Assembly (NCBI GenBank): GCA_963796685.1
Contig: CAWCMR010000025.1
Span: 128,001 to 192,000 of the forward strand
Length of the DNA: 64,000 nucleotides
Reading direction: 5' to 3'
Source: an uncultured delta proteobacterium
GTDB taxonomy: Bacteria; Myxococcota_A; Polyangia; Fen-1088
Shown here piece by piece: positions 49,830-59,403 of this stretch. Below the pieces are notes generated by a model. The model saw only the letters and a list, made by a program, of their open reading frames with translations. It was not told the DNA's origin and did not search any database. The position numbers and the translations under genes are program-made. Positions within the stretch are counted from its first letter, which is position 1, and every line of letters starts with the position of its first letter.

Positions 49830-51285
49830 CATAGGTAGGTACTTAAGCGGTGGCGGAATGGCGTAATCCCATCGCAAGGCGCCCCATTCCCTGATCGCGT
49901 TTGGGATGCGCACGAGGTGCGTTTTCCGCGAGGAAAGTGAAGGCAGAACGGATATGCGACAGGAGCTGCGCGGCAGATTCGAGGATGGATAGCAGGATCG
50001 CGTCGAGGAAATGCTTGGCAGAGCAGGCTGCGCGCTGGGTGGACAGTGGAATACCGCATGCGTGTTCTGCGGCGTGGGTGAGCGCTCGTTTGATGGTCGC
50101 GGCAAGCAGGCTTGCCCAGATCAGGCCCTCGGCGATGGGTGACTTGGCCGTGTCGAATTTGTGGAGATTTGCGTAGGACTTCCATTCCTTGAAGAGGAGC
50201 TCAATCTGCCATCTGAGTCTGTAGACTCTGCCTACTTCGTGAGCGGTGAAGGTCGCTCTCGACAGATTCGTGTGCAGATAGGTGTAGCCCTTCTTGTTGC
50301 GTTTTCCTTCGATGTAGATGGCAACGAGACGACCACAGTAGGTCCTGCGGGCGTTGATCTTCCACTCGATTTCTAGGTCGACCGTATGACGAGGCAGTAC
50401 ACGCCACTTGAGTCGCTTGCCCTCGAGACGAGGGATACGCCTGCCATTCTTGTCGCGAGCACTTCGGATGATTGGTCGGCTGTTCTTTTTGCCGCGAACG
50501 ATGAAGAATCCTCCGGCGTCGAGAGTGTCTGCAAAGACAACGCGATCCTCGAATCCACGGTCCTCGAGGACCAGGCGATTTTTGAGAGACGCCGCTTTGG
50601 GGGCGAATGGGCGTTCGCTTTCCTTGTCAGGGGCCAGCGTAATGGCGACGGGATTGTCCCTCAAGACGCTCATGGTTACGTGGAGCTCCACTGCCGCTGG
50701 GGTCACCTTCGTGAAGCGGCCGGGCCACTTTCTGGCCAGAGTGTCTTTGAGCGCAAACGAGGTGCCGTCATGGCACAGGATCTCCGAGAACTGAGCCAGC
50801 TTGCCCTTGGGCAAACTCTCAAGCACAGGTGCCGTCAGCTTCGCGAGCGCCTGTTCGAGAATGGCGTGCATGAAGATGGGGAATCGCCGTTTGCTCAGTT
50901 GGTTGTGGAAAGGCTTGTAGCGAACAGCCTTGCCGGTGAACGCGTTGAAGGCGCGCAGGATGTCCGCGAGCCACGCAGCCGTGCCTGCCCCCAATGCCGA
51001 GATGCAGGCTATAAGAAGCGCGGCCGGGGCGATTTCACGGCGCCGTCGAAGAAAGCCACACCGGCGAGCCACCTTCTCCACCTCGGCATCGCTGAGAACC
51101 TGCTGTAGCTTTTGGCTGAGTGTCTCCGCCTCGATTGTGGCAATGTCTCTCTTGGGCACAGGGAACCTCCTCGCGTTTGTCTTCGCAAACGAATGTGTAG
51201 GAGGATTCCTGTGTCTTCTGCAACTACCTTGAACATCCGTTCAGTAAGTGATCGATTTCATTGAGGAATTAAGATCCTACCTATG
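49830..51285 (-). mobile_element. Complete IS4-family insertion sequence, 1456 bp (CAT ends and 10-bp duplication fit the ISH8 subgroup)
   Basis: Terminal IRs CATAGGTAGGTACTTAA / CATAGGTAGGATCTTAA; 10-bp target duplication AGGGGCGAAT at 49820-49829 and 51286-51295. Confidence 0.95.
49843..51159 (-). CDS. IS4-family DDE transposase
   Basis: DGT, DRGF and YRLRWQIELLFKEWKS (YREK signature). Confidence 0.95.
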   Translation of the reverse strand: MPKRDIATIEAETLSQKLQQVLSDAEVEKVARRCGFLRRRREIAPAALLIACISALGAGTAAWLADILRAFNAFTGKAVRYKPFHNQLSKRRFPIFMHAILEQALAKLTAPVLESLPKGKLAQFSEILCHDGTSFALKDTLARKWPGRFTKVTPAAVELHVTMSVLRDNPVAITLAPDKESERPFAPKAASLKNRLVLEDRGFEDRVVFADTLDAGGFFIVRGKKNSRPIIRSARDKNGRRIPRLEGKRLKWRVLPRHTVDLEIEWKINARRTYCGRLVAIYIEGKRNKKGYTYLHTNLSRATFTAHEVGRVYRLRWQIELLFKEWKSYANLHKFDTAKSPIAEGLIWASLLAATIKRALTHAAEHACGIPLSTQRAACSAKHFLDAILLSILESAAQLLSHIRSAFTFLAENAPRAHPKRDQGMGRLAMGLRHSATA

Positions 51286-51700
51286 AGGGGCGAATCGAGC
51301 GCGCCGTCGAGGACGCCTCCGGCCCCCCCCGAGCCGGCGACGCCCCCTCCGCCTGCTGCTCCCACTTCCGACGGCCCGGTTGTGCCGCCACCGCCAGTGC
51401 CTGTCTCTCGGTAAGGCGCGTCCGTCGGTGCGTCGCCTGATGAACCGTCAATCTGCGCACCCGCGCCTCCGGTTGACACCGGATTGCTGCACGTCTTCCC
51501 ATCGGAAGATGCACAGCAATATCTGTTCGAGCCACAGACGTATCCCTCCGGGCAGTTCTTTTCCGTCTGGCATTTGCGAGGTTGGGTGACATCGATCTTC
51601 GGATCTTTGAAGCATCCGAGAACGGACCCAGCCAGGAACAGCGCCAGAGCAAGACTCTCGCGGGCACGCCGTACGGACAGAGGAGAGGACGACGAACGCA

Positions 51701-52513
51701 TTAGAAAGCTCCTGTAAGTAGGGCCCCTGCCGTGCCAGGAGCGATAGTCGGTACCAGCGCGACACTGGTCTGCGCTGGGCTGTGACCGGCGTGCCAGCCG
51801 AGGAAGTAGAGCAGCGAGCCACCGGCCAGGCAGGCGGCGCCCACTCCGTAGCTGATCCACCCCAGTGTCTTGTAGCTCTCGCGCGAAGAATTGGTGTCGC
51901 GGTTGAAGTTGTCGGGCTTCTCGAGATCCGTCGCCATGCTGTTGGCCTTGAGATTCAAGGCCACCCCGGTGCCCAAGGCCACCACGCCCAACGATCCTAC
52001 GACGATGCCCGCGATGCGCAGGCGGGAGCCGGCGTTCTCGTCGGGCTGCTGCGCCGCTGTCGCAACGACGACTGCCGGCGGCTCAGGGGTAACCTCGGCC
52101 GGCGGCGGCGTTGGAACGATCGGGACGGCCGAGACCGGTTCCGGCACCAGGGGCGAACGCGGCTCGGTCTTGGGCAGATAGGACTCGCAGGTCTCGATGT
52201 GCTTCTTGGCGGCGGCCTTGTCGTCGTCCGACAGGTGATCCTCACCTTTCGTCAGGTACTCACGAAAACGCCCGACGGCGTCTTCATAACGACGGTTCTG
52301 CTCGAAGCATCGTCCCTGGTTGAAGATATAGGTGATGTCGTTGGTATCCACGTAGAGCTCGGCGAGAATGCGCACGCCCTTCTCCGGCTCTCCCGAGAGA
52401 CACGCCTTTTTGGCAGCGCGCTCGTTGGCTCGTTTGCTGTTCGCCGCGAGAGCCTGCTGGGAGAGCGAGCAGAGGCTCGCCAATGTCACGAAGGCTATTG
52501 TAAGGTTTCGCAT
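51701..52513 (-). CDS. Exported TPR-like protein with hydrophobic C-terminal segments, coupled to the Cys-rich lipoprotein
   Basis: Signal peptide ending ALA; YIFNQGRCFEQNRRYEDAVGRFREYL; Pro linker; ends GALLTGAF; TAATG overlap with the next gene. Confidence 0.75.
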   Translation of the reverse strand: MRNLTIAFVTLASLCSLSQQALAANSKRANERAAKKACLSGEPEKGVRILAELYVDTNDITYIFNQGRCFEQNRRYEDAVGRFREYLTKGEDHLSDDDKAAAKKHIETCESYLPKTEPRSPLVPEPVSAVPIVPTPPPAEVTPEPPAVVVATAAQQPDENAGSRLRIAGIVVGSLGVVALGTGVALNLKANSMATDLEKPDNFNRDTNSSRESYKTLGWISYGVGAACLAGGSLLYFLGWHAGHSPAQTSVALVPTIAPGTAGALLTGAF

Positions 52514-52680
52514 CTCTCATCTCTTTCCAAGCACGGGTGCCACTCTTCGGCAACTGGCCCATCTTGACACATTGAACCGCGAGCAATATACGCGAAAGAA
52601 TAGAGCACCGCTACCACGAGATGCTGCCTGATGCTGTCTGACCGTGTCCTGGGCAAATCGAACCTCGTTCTTGAATCTCG

Positions 52681-52709
52681 TGGCCCGTTTTTCGAGCCCG
52701 CTGCTACTG
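52681..52709 (+). promoter_or_regulatory. Putative ECF promoter (CTACTG class)
   Basis: TGGCCC-N17-CTACTG; shares ccgctgctactg with the 45586 site. Confidence 0.55.
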
Positions 52710-52745
52710 AAGGGGGGTGAGTTTTTGCCCGAATGGAGGTGCCTC

Positions 52746-53996
52746 ATGAAATCTACGCATCGCTTGAATACATTCATCGCCGCGCTTGTGATTCTGAGCG
52801 GCGCCTGCTCGTCGAACACCTCGGGGACCATCGCGCAATCGGGCGGGTCCTCTGGCTCGGGATCAGGTGGCACGTCCGCCGCGGGAGGCGCCTCCAGTAA
52901 CGGTGGGGTAGCCGGCTCGGGCGGCGTAACCGGCTCGGGCGGCGTAACCGGCTCGGGCGGCGCGAGCACCGCCAGCGCTACCGGGGGCCACGCCGGCTCG
53001 GGCGGCGCGAGCGCCACCGGGGGCCACGCCGGCTCGGGCGGAACAAGCCTCACGGGAGGCACGACAGGCTCGAGCGGCCAAACGGGCTCGGGAGGGACAA
53101 GTGTCACCGGTGGCACGACCGGGCGGGACGCTGGACGAGACGTCCCGACGGGCAGTGGTGGAGCAGGTACGGGCGGTGTGCCCGGCGTGGGGGGCTCGGG
53201 CGGCATGGCCATCGACGGTGGTACAACCCCGGCAGGTGGCCCTGGCGGCGCATCCGCGGGTTGCGGCTCGGCGAATACCACCTCACCTTGTGGCGTCAAG
53301 GGAACCACGTGCAGCCTCGATGTCAGCGGCACGAGCCGGACGTACTACGTGCAACTGCCTTCGGGCTATAGCTCGTCCAAGCAGTATCCGCTCATCTTCC
53401 AGTTCCACCCTTGGGGTGGCTCGGCCGACCAGGCCCTGACCCTGTACCAGCTCAACTCGAAGATACCGGACGCGATCTACGTGACACCGCAGGGGCTGGA
53501 CGCCGGCTCCAACGGCCCGGGATGGGCAAACACCAACGGCCAAGACATCGCCTTCACCAAGGCCATGCTCGCCGATGTCCAGGGGAAATACTGCGTGGAC
53601 AACGCCCGCATCTTCTCCGTGGGTTTCAGCTATGGCGGTATGATGTCGTTCGCGATCGGCTGCGAGATGAGCGATGTGTTCCGCGCCATTGCGCCGATGT
53701 CGGGATCGCTCTACAGCGACTTCAACTGCAAGGGCACGGGGCCCCACATTGCCATGTGGGGATCGCATGGCACGAGCGATACCGTGGTCCCCATTGCCGA
53801 CGGCCGCGCGGCGCGCGACAAGATTCTGCAGCAGAACCACTGCGGTACCACGACGACGCCCGTGGATCCGAGCCCCTGCGTGAAGTACCAGGGCTGCGAC
53901 CCAGGCTACGACGTGACCTGGTGCGAATGGGACGGCCCTCACGGCATCCCCAGCTTCGGCAGCAGCGCGATCGCGGCGTTCCTCAAGCAGTTCTAG
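52746..53996 (+). CDS. Alpha/beta-hydrolase esterase (CE1/feruloyl-esterase-like) lipoprotein
   Basis: SGAC lipobox; GGAGG RBS; GFSYGG, HGTSD, WCEWDGPH. Confidence 0.85.
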   Translation: MKSTHRLNTFIAALVILSGACSSNTSGTIAQSGGSSGSGSGGTSAAGGASSNGGVAGSGGVTGSGGVTGSGGASTASATGGHAGSGGASATGGHAGSGGTSLTGGTTGSSGQTGSGGTSVTGGTTGRDAGRDVPTGSGGAGTGGVPGVGGSGGMAIDGGTTPAGGPGGASAGCGSANTTSPCGVKGTTCSLDVSGTSRTYYVQLPSGYSSSKQYPLIFQFHPWGGSADQALTLYQLNSKIPDAIYVTPQGLDAGSNGPGWANTNGQDIAFTKAMLADVQGKYCVDNARIFSVGFSYGGMMSFAIGCEMSDVFRAIAPMSGSLYSDFNCKGTGPHIAMWGSHGTSDTVVPIADGRAARDKILQQNHCGTTTTPVDPSPCVKYQGCDPGYDVTWCEWDGPHGIPSFGSSAIAAFLKQF

Positions 53997-54036
53997 CTAT
54001 TACTGAATGAGCCAGCGTCCAAGGAGGCGTCTATCG

Positions 54037-55536
54037 ATGAGAACGAGAAGCCTGTCCAGGCAGCTTTTACTATGGGGCATCTCGAGTATCGCTGCCGTGG
54101 CCTGTGGCCAGTCGAACAACAGCGGCCCCAGCACCGGAGGAACCACGAGCCCTGCAACGGGTGCGGGCGGCGGTGCCTCGGGCGGCGGTACGAGTGGACA
54201 CGGCGGCTCGGCTGGCACCACCAGCACGGGTGGAAACGCCTCGGGGGGAACGACTGGGGGCGGCGGAGCCTCGAGCTCCGGCGGCGCGAAGGGAACGGGT
54301 GGCGCGGCAGGCTCGGGCGGAGCCATGCTCACGGGAGGTTCGACGGGCGCTGGTGGTGCGCTTGGCACAGGCGGAAGCACTGCCGGCCATTCGGGGGGAA
54401 GCAGCGGAGTGGGAGCGGGAGGTTTGGGGAGTGGCGGTCGTGCTTCCGGTGGCGGTGATGGTGGACTCGGCGGCATCACGGGCACGGGTGGAAACACGAA
54501 TACCGGCGGCACCAGCGGAGGCGCTGCTGGCGGAGGCGCGCCTGGGACCGGCGGAAACGCCGGCAGTGGGGGTGGTTCGGGCACCACGGACGCGACCATC
54601 GTCCCCGATCCCTCGTGGACCTGTGGCATGCCCGACGGCATTCCGTCTCCCACGCTCGGCACGCCCGCGTTCAGCCTGTCGCTTACGGTCAGCGCTATCC
54701 ACGACGTGGGCAACACCCAGTTCGGCAAACGCCGCCAGCTTGACGTATCCGGCGGCACCATCACGGGCGACAAGCTGAAAGGCACCGTCCTCACCGGCGG
54801 CCTCGACTACGAGCTGACGTTGTCGACGGGCGCCACGGAGCTGGAAGAGGTTCTCATCTGGAAAACCAGCGACAACGTCACCATATTCACGCGCGTTTGC
54901 GGTGTCGCGGCCGTGGGAGATTCGGTCGTCCGCATCGTCCCCGACATCGAGGCTCCGACCGCGGGCTCCTACGCTTGGCTGAACACCACCAAGCTCGTGG
55001 GGACGCGCACGGTAGACAGCGCCGGCAGCAAGATCACGCTCGATGTTTACGACGTGTCCAACGTAGCCGTGGGAGATCCCAAGATCCAACTCAAGGATCC
55101 GGCGGGCGTCCCCAACGTTTCGTGGGACTGCGTGACCGCGACCGGCACGGATGGCAATAGCGTGTTCACCGAGAACGTGACGCTCGGCACAACCATCACC
55201 GTCAGCAATGCCAAGCGCGGCAGTCGCAACATCATCCCCATCACCGGCGGCACCACGACTGGCAGCAAGGAATCAGGCAAGATTCTCAACGGTGGCGCGG
55301 ACTACCAGCTTGCGGCCACCGGGGGAAGCACCACCTTGGACGCCCGCTACACGCTGCAGTCGAGCGACGGCTACTTCATCATCGTGCGTAATTGCGGGCC
55401 GATGAACGGGCTGACCCCGGTCTTCGAAACGGCCACGGATGGACCCTACGCATTCCTCACCACCGGCAAGTTCCTGAGCTCCGCACCCGGCTCGGGAAGT
55501 GGAGGTGTGAGTATCACCTTCTACGAGCGCAAGTAG
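54037..55536 (+). CDS. Lipoprotein with Gly-rich linker and two DUF3237-like domains
   Basis: AVAC lipobox; GKRR...GGTITG...GTVLTGGLDY and RNIIPITGG...GGADYQ...LDARYTL...PVFET...YAFL. Confidence 0.7.
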   Translation: MRTRSLSRQLLLWGISSIAAVACGQSNNSGPSTGGTTSPATGAGGGASGGGTSGHGGSAGTTSTGGNASGGTTGGGGASSSGGAKGTGGAAGSGGAMLTGGSTGAGGALGTGGSTAGHSGGSSGVGAGGLGSGGRASGGGDGGLGGITGTGGNTNTGGTSGGAAGGGAPGTGGNAGSGGGSGTTDATIVPDPSWTCGMPDGIPSPTLGTPAFSLSLTVSAIHDVGNTQFGKRRQLDVSGGTITGDKLKGTVLTGGLDYELTLSTGATELEEVLIWKTSDNVTIFTRVCGVAAVGDSVVRIVPDIEAPTAGSYAWLNTTKLVGTRTVDSAGSKITLDVYDVSNVAVGDPKIQLKDPAGVPNVSWDCVTATGTDGNSVFTENVTLGTTITVSNAKRGSRNIIPITGGTTTGSKESGKILNGGADYQLAATGGSTTLDARYTLQSSDGYFIIVRNCGPMNGLTPVFETATDGPYAFLTTGKFLSSAPGSGSGGVSITFYERK

Positions 55537-55555
55537 CGCACGCCTAGCCCCACGA

Positions 55556-57160
55556 CTAACCCCGCGTCCTCCTGCGCTGTCGCGCCACGAACCCGAGAGC
55601 CGCGATCAGGAATAGTGCGAGACCACTTCCCGCACCGGTGCTGCCACCAAGAGCGCAAGAGCAGCCACTGGAGGTCGTGCCGCCGGTTGTCGTCGAGCTG
55701 GTGCCGCCACTGCCGGAGTTGCCACCGCTGCCTGCCGATCCGCCGGAACCACCGCTGCCGCCTCGGGCCGAGCTGCCGCCGCTGCCAGTCGTTCCCCCGC
55801 TGAGGGTTCCTCCGCTGCCCGCGCTGCCACCACTGCCCGCGCTGCCTCCGCTGCCAGCGCCGCCACTGTTACCGCCGCTGCTTGAAGTGCCACCCGTGCC
55901 GGTCGATCCGCCCTTCCCGCCAGCTCCTCCGCTGCCCGCGACACCGCCGCTTCCTGCCACGCCACCGCTGCCCGCGGCACCGCCACTTTCCACCGCACCG
56001 CCGCTGCCCGGAACGTTGACATTGCCGGCATCCTTATTGCCGGCCGCGCCTCCGGTCGCGCCGCCATCCTTGTTGCCGCTCGCCCCACCCGAGCCAGGGT
56101 TGCCCCCCGTGCCGCTTGCACCACCCGTGCCCCCTACCCCAGCGTCGCCACACGCGGCCACCCCAGGATCGATGGCGCCGGTCTGGTCGAGGCCCAGGAA
56201 TGGGATGACGTACGACGAGTTGAAGAGTGCATCGGATGGGCCGTGATCGCCGCCGATCGACGTGATGGCCTCGAGAACCACGTAACCGCACGAATCCTTC
56301 CATCTCTGTCGCGTCGCTTGGTGGGATCCCAGGGTCAGTCCTGTATCCGTCGATGACGGGTCCGTGCTCAGGCCCAGCACATCGGTCCACTCCTTGATCC
56401 CTTCGCGCAGGTTGGTGTAAGCGACGTACTGATCGTGGTCGCCGTGGAAGAGCTGGACGCGCGGACGATGTCCGGAATATCCCGGGTCCATGGCACGAAC
56501 CTTGTCTCCCCACTGCTGGGCTGTTTCATTCACGGTGGAGGTGGCAGGGTTGCCGGATCCTGCACAGGTGCCACCCCAATTGCTGGCGGCGCTCCAGCCC
56601 AAGGACCAGCATCCGGCGGGAACCCCGGCGAAAGAAGAGCCCGCCTTGAAAATGTCCGGATAGACGGCGAGCAGGGCTTCCGTCATCATGCCGCCGGACG
56701 AATCTCCCGTCGCGTAGACGCGATCGGCGTTCGCCTGGTACTTGGTGATCGTGTACTTCACCATCTCGGCGATGGCCTGCGTATCCCCACCGCCATCGTG
56801 CGTGAGGGATTTCGTCGACCCGACGTCCCAGCAATCTGCAGAAGTCGCGGGGTTCGTCGTCTGCGGAAAAATCATGATGAAGCCGTACTTGTCGGCTGCC
56901 GACACGATGCCCCCCTGTTGCGCCTGACCGAAAACACCGGAGGCACTCCCCCCACAATAATGCGAACAAACCAAGATGGGAGGATTCGTCGCCGGTTTGT
57001 CCGGCACGTAGATGTACATGCTGATGTAGGTAGGTACATCACCGCCGGACCACGCGCTGGTGGTCACCGACTGCAACGACGCCGCCCGCGCTGGCGAGAC
57101 GACGAGCAGTCCAAGGGCAGCAGCCAATAGAACACGAACGCTATTGCGATTTCTGTTCAT
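55556..57160 (-). CDS. PHB-depolymerase-family esterase (acetylxylan-esterase CE1-like) with MYXO-CTERM anchor
   Basis: Signal peptide; MYIYVPD, HYCGG, CWDV, GDSSGGMM, HGDHD; Gly linker, then GCSC + TM + RQRRR. Confidence 0.85.
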   Translation of the reverse strand: MNRNRNSVRVLLAAALGLLVVSPARAASLQSVTTSAWSGGDVPTYISMYIYVPDKPATNPPILVCSHYCGGSASGVFGQAQQGGIVSAADKYGFIMIFPQTTNPATSADCWDVGSTKSLTHDGGGDTQAIAEMVKYTITKYQANADRVYATGDSSGGMMTEALLAVYPDIFKAGSSFAGVPAGCWSLGWSAASNWGGTCAGSGNPATSTVNETAQQWGDKVRAMDPGYSGHRPRVQLFHGDHDQYVAYTNLREGIKEWTDVLGLSTDPSSTDTGLTLGSHQATRQRWKDSCGYVVLEAITSIGGDHGPSDALFNSSYVIPFLGLDQTGAIDPGVAACGDAGVGGTGGASGTGGNPGSGGASGNKDGGATGGAAGNKDAGNVNVPGSGGAVESGGAAGSGGVAGSGGVAGSGGAGGKGGSTGTGGTSSSGGNSGGAGSGGSAGSGGSAGSGGTLSGGTTGSGGSSARGGSGGSGGSAGSGGNSGSGGTSSTTTGGTTSSGCSCALGGSTGAGSGLALFLIAALGFVARQRRRTRG

Positions 57161-57213
57161 GGTGAAATGCCTCCAAACGATGCGCGGAGATTGTCCGCAG
57201 GAACAGAGCGATG

Positions 57214-57912
57214 CTATTTGGGCTGGCCGTAGTAGGCGCCCGGGCCGTGCTTGCGCTCGTAGTGTTTGCGCACCACGTGCTCCGGTAGTGGATCGACGTT
57301 CGGGTTCAGCTGATAGGCGAGTAGGGCCATGCGCGCGACCTCCTCGAGGGCGGCCGCGTGGTGCACGGCCGCCATGGCGCTCTTGCCCCAGGTGAAGGGC
57401 CCGTGGCCGGCGACGATGACCATGGGAACCTCAAGAGGCTTTCTGCCCTTGAAGGTCTCGACGATGAGCTCGCCCGTGCCCAGCTCGTAATCCTTCTCCA
57501 GGGCCCGGGCGCCGATCATTTCGGTGCAGGGAATTTCGCCGGCGGTCTGGTCGGCGTGGGTCGTGCCCAGGCAGGGGATGGCACGCCTCGCCTGGGCCCA
57601 GGCCACCGCGTAGGGCGAATGGCTGTGGCACACGCCGCGTATGCCCGCGAAGGAGCGATACAGGACGAGGTGGGTCTTGGTGTCGGACGATGGCCGCAGG
57701 GATCCCTCGACGACCTTGCCATCGAGATCGACGACCACCATGGTCTCGGGCGTCAGCTCGGAGTACGCGAGGCCCGAGGGTTTGATGGCGAAGACGCCCG
57801 CCGCCGGATCGAACGCCGAGGCGTTACCCCAGGTGAGGATGGCCAGCTTGAGCTCGGCCACCTCGCGGTTCGCCGCGCATGCTTCCTCGCGAAGGGCGTC
57901 GTGCTTGCTCAT
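57214..57912 (-). CDS. araD: L-ribulose-5-phosphate 4-epimerase
   Basis: TWGNAS, IKPSG, PSSDTKTH, HSHS, GTTHAD, HGPFTWG, RKHGPGAYYGQ. Confidence 0.95.
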   Translation of the reverse strand: MSKHDALREEACAANREVAELKLAILTWGNASAFDPAAGVFAIKPSGLAYSELTPETMVVVDLDGKVVEGSLRPSSDTKTHLVLYRSFAGIRGVCHSHSPYAVAWAQARRAIPCLGTTHADQTAGEIPCTEMIGARALEKDYELGTGELIVETFKGRKPLEVPMVIVAGHGPFTWGKSAMAAVHHAAALEEVARMALLAYQLNPNVDPLPEHVVRKHYERKHGPGAYYGQPK

Positions 57913-57918
57913 GACCGC

Positions 57919-59403
57919 TCACAGTCCGAGTCTGTACCCGATCTCGTTCCAGCGGATCTCCTTGCGCAGCTCGTTGGGATCCGTCTTGGCGTCGATGAGA
58001 AGAAACTCGATGCCGGCCATCTCGGCCCAATCGCGCATCCACTCGGTCTTGACGACGCGCGAGTAGGCGGTGTGGTGAGCGCCGCCGGCGATGATCCAGC
58101 ACTCCGCGGCGCGCTCGAGGTCGGGCCTGGGCTTGAGCAGCACGCGTGCCACGGGAAGCTTGGGCATGGCCTTGGGCTCGATGGCGTCGACCTCGTTGAC
58201 AATCAGACGCATGCGGCCGCCCATATCGACCAGCGTGGCGTTGAGGGCGGGGCCTGCGTCGCCCGCGAAGACGAGCCGCGCGGGATCGTCCTTGCCACCG
58301 ATGCCGAGGGGATGGACCTCGAGCCTCGGCTTGCCCTTGGCGATGGAGGGACAGATCTCGAGCATGTGCGAGCCCAGGACCGCGGGGGCGGCCGGGTCGA
58401 AGTTGTAGGTGTAATCTTCGAGGAAGGATGCCCCACCGAGGCCGGTGGCCATCACCTTCAGGGCCCGCACCATGGCTGAGGTCTTCCAGTCGCCCTCGGC
58501 ACCGAAACCGTAGCCGGCAGCCATCATGCGCTGCGAGGCGAGGCCCGGTAGCTGGGACAGGCCGTGCAGATCTTCGAAGGTGTCCGTGTAGGCGCCGAAT
58601 CTTCCGGCTTCGAGGAAGGACTTGAGCCCGAGCTCGATGCGGGCCTGCACCCTGACTCTCTCGAGACCCGCGCCCGCCTTGGCGTCGGCCGCCATCTCGT
58701 ACTCGTCTGCATAGAGCTTGACGAGCTTATCCACCTCGGCATCGGAGACCTCTTTCACGACCTTGACGAGGTCGCCCACGCCGTAGCCGTTGATGGACCA
58801 ACCCAGCTTGATCTGGGCCTCGACCTTGTCGCCCTCGGTGACCGCCACCTCGCGCATGTTGTCGCCGAAGCGGGCGACCTTGAGGCTGCGCCCGTCGGCA
58901 AAGGCAGCCGCCGTGCGCATCCAGCCCGCGAGCTTGTCGAGGACGGCCGCCGTCTCCCAGTGCCCGACCACAACCTTGCGCGGCAGGCGCAGGCGCGCGC
59001 CGATGAAGCCGTGCTCCCGATCGCCGTGGGCCGACTGGTTGAGGTTCATGAAGTCCATGTCGATGGAATCCCAGGGGATGTCGCGGTTGAACTGGGTGTG
59101 CAGGTGGCACAGCGGCTTGTGCAGCTCGGTGAGGCCGGCGATCCACATCTTCGAGGGGCTGAAGGTGTGCATCCACGTGATGATGCCCGCGCAATTCGGA
59201 TTGGCGTTGGCCTCGCGGACCAGGGCGAGGATGGCGTCCGGTCCCTTGACCACGGGTTTCCAGATGAGCTTGCAGGGCATCTTGGGTTCGAGGGCCTGGA
59301 CCATGGCCTTCGAGTGCTCGTCGACTTTCTTGAGAGTCTCGGCGCCATAGAGATCCTGGCTGCCGGTCACGAAATAGAGCTCGAACCTCTTGAGGTCGAT
59401 CAT
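57919..59403 (-). CDS. araA: L-arabinose isomerase
   Basis: GSQDLYG, WMHTFSP, NQSAHGDRE, FGAEGDWK, HMLE, GGAHH. Confidence 0.97.
   Translation of the reverse strand: MIDLKRFELYFVTGSQDLYGAETLKKVDEHSKAMVQALEPKMPCKLIWKPVVKGPDAILALVREANANPNCAGIITWMHTFSPSKMWIAGLTELHKPLCHLHTQFNRDIPWDSIDMDFMNLNQSAHGDREHGFIGARLRLPRKVVVGHWETAAVLDKLAGWMRTAAAFADGRSLKVARFGDNMREVAVTEGDKVEAQIKLGWSINGYGVGDLVKVVKEVSDAEVDKLVKLYADEYEMAADAKAGAGLERVRVQARIELGLKSFLEAGRFGAYTDTFEDLHGLSQLPGLASQRMMAAGYGFGAEGDWKTSAMVRALKVMATGLGGASFLEDYTYNFDPAAPAVLGSHMLEICPSIAKGKPRLEVHPLGIGGKDDPARLVFAGDAGPALNATLVDMGGRMRLIVNEVDAIEPKAMPKLPVARVLLKPRPDLERAAECWIIAGGAHHTAYSRVVKTEWMRDWAEMAGIEFLLIDAKTDPNELRKEIRWNEIGYRLGL

Larger units (their letters stand above)
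47989..51701 (-). pseudogene. Cys-rich surface lipoprotein with C-terminal CBM4/9-like domain, interrupted by IS4
   Basis: 5' part 51701-51286 (VLGC lipobox). Removing the IS and one target duplication rejoins ...ALDSPL-GGASGG...MTGLAG in frame. CVQC repeats; NLLANPGF...W...WIDDVYL. Confidence 0.85.

Noticed and set aside
54008-54036. Eighth ECF promoter (TGAGCC-N17-CTATCG)
   Set aside because: Lacks the invariant ACTG and overlaps the RBS directly before the start codon.
25573-56246. Many Pro-rich ORFs (PPVP/PPLP repeats)
   Set aside because: They are the reverse complements of Gly-rich linkers in real genes.
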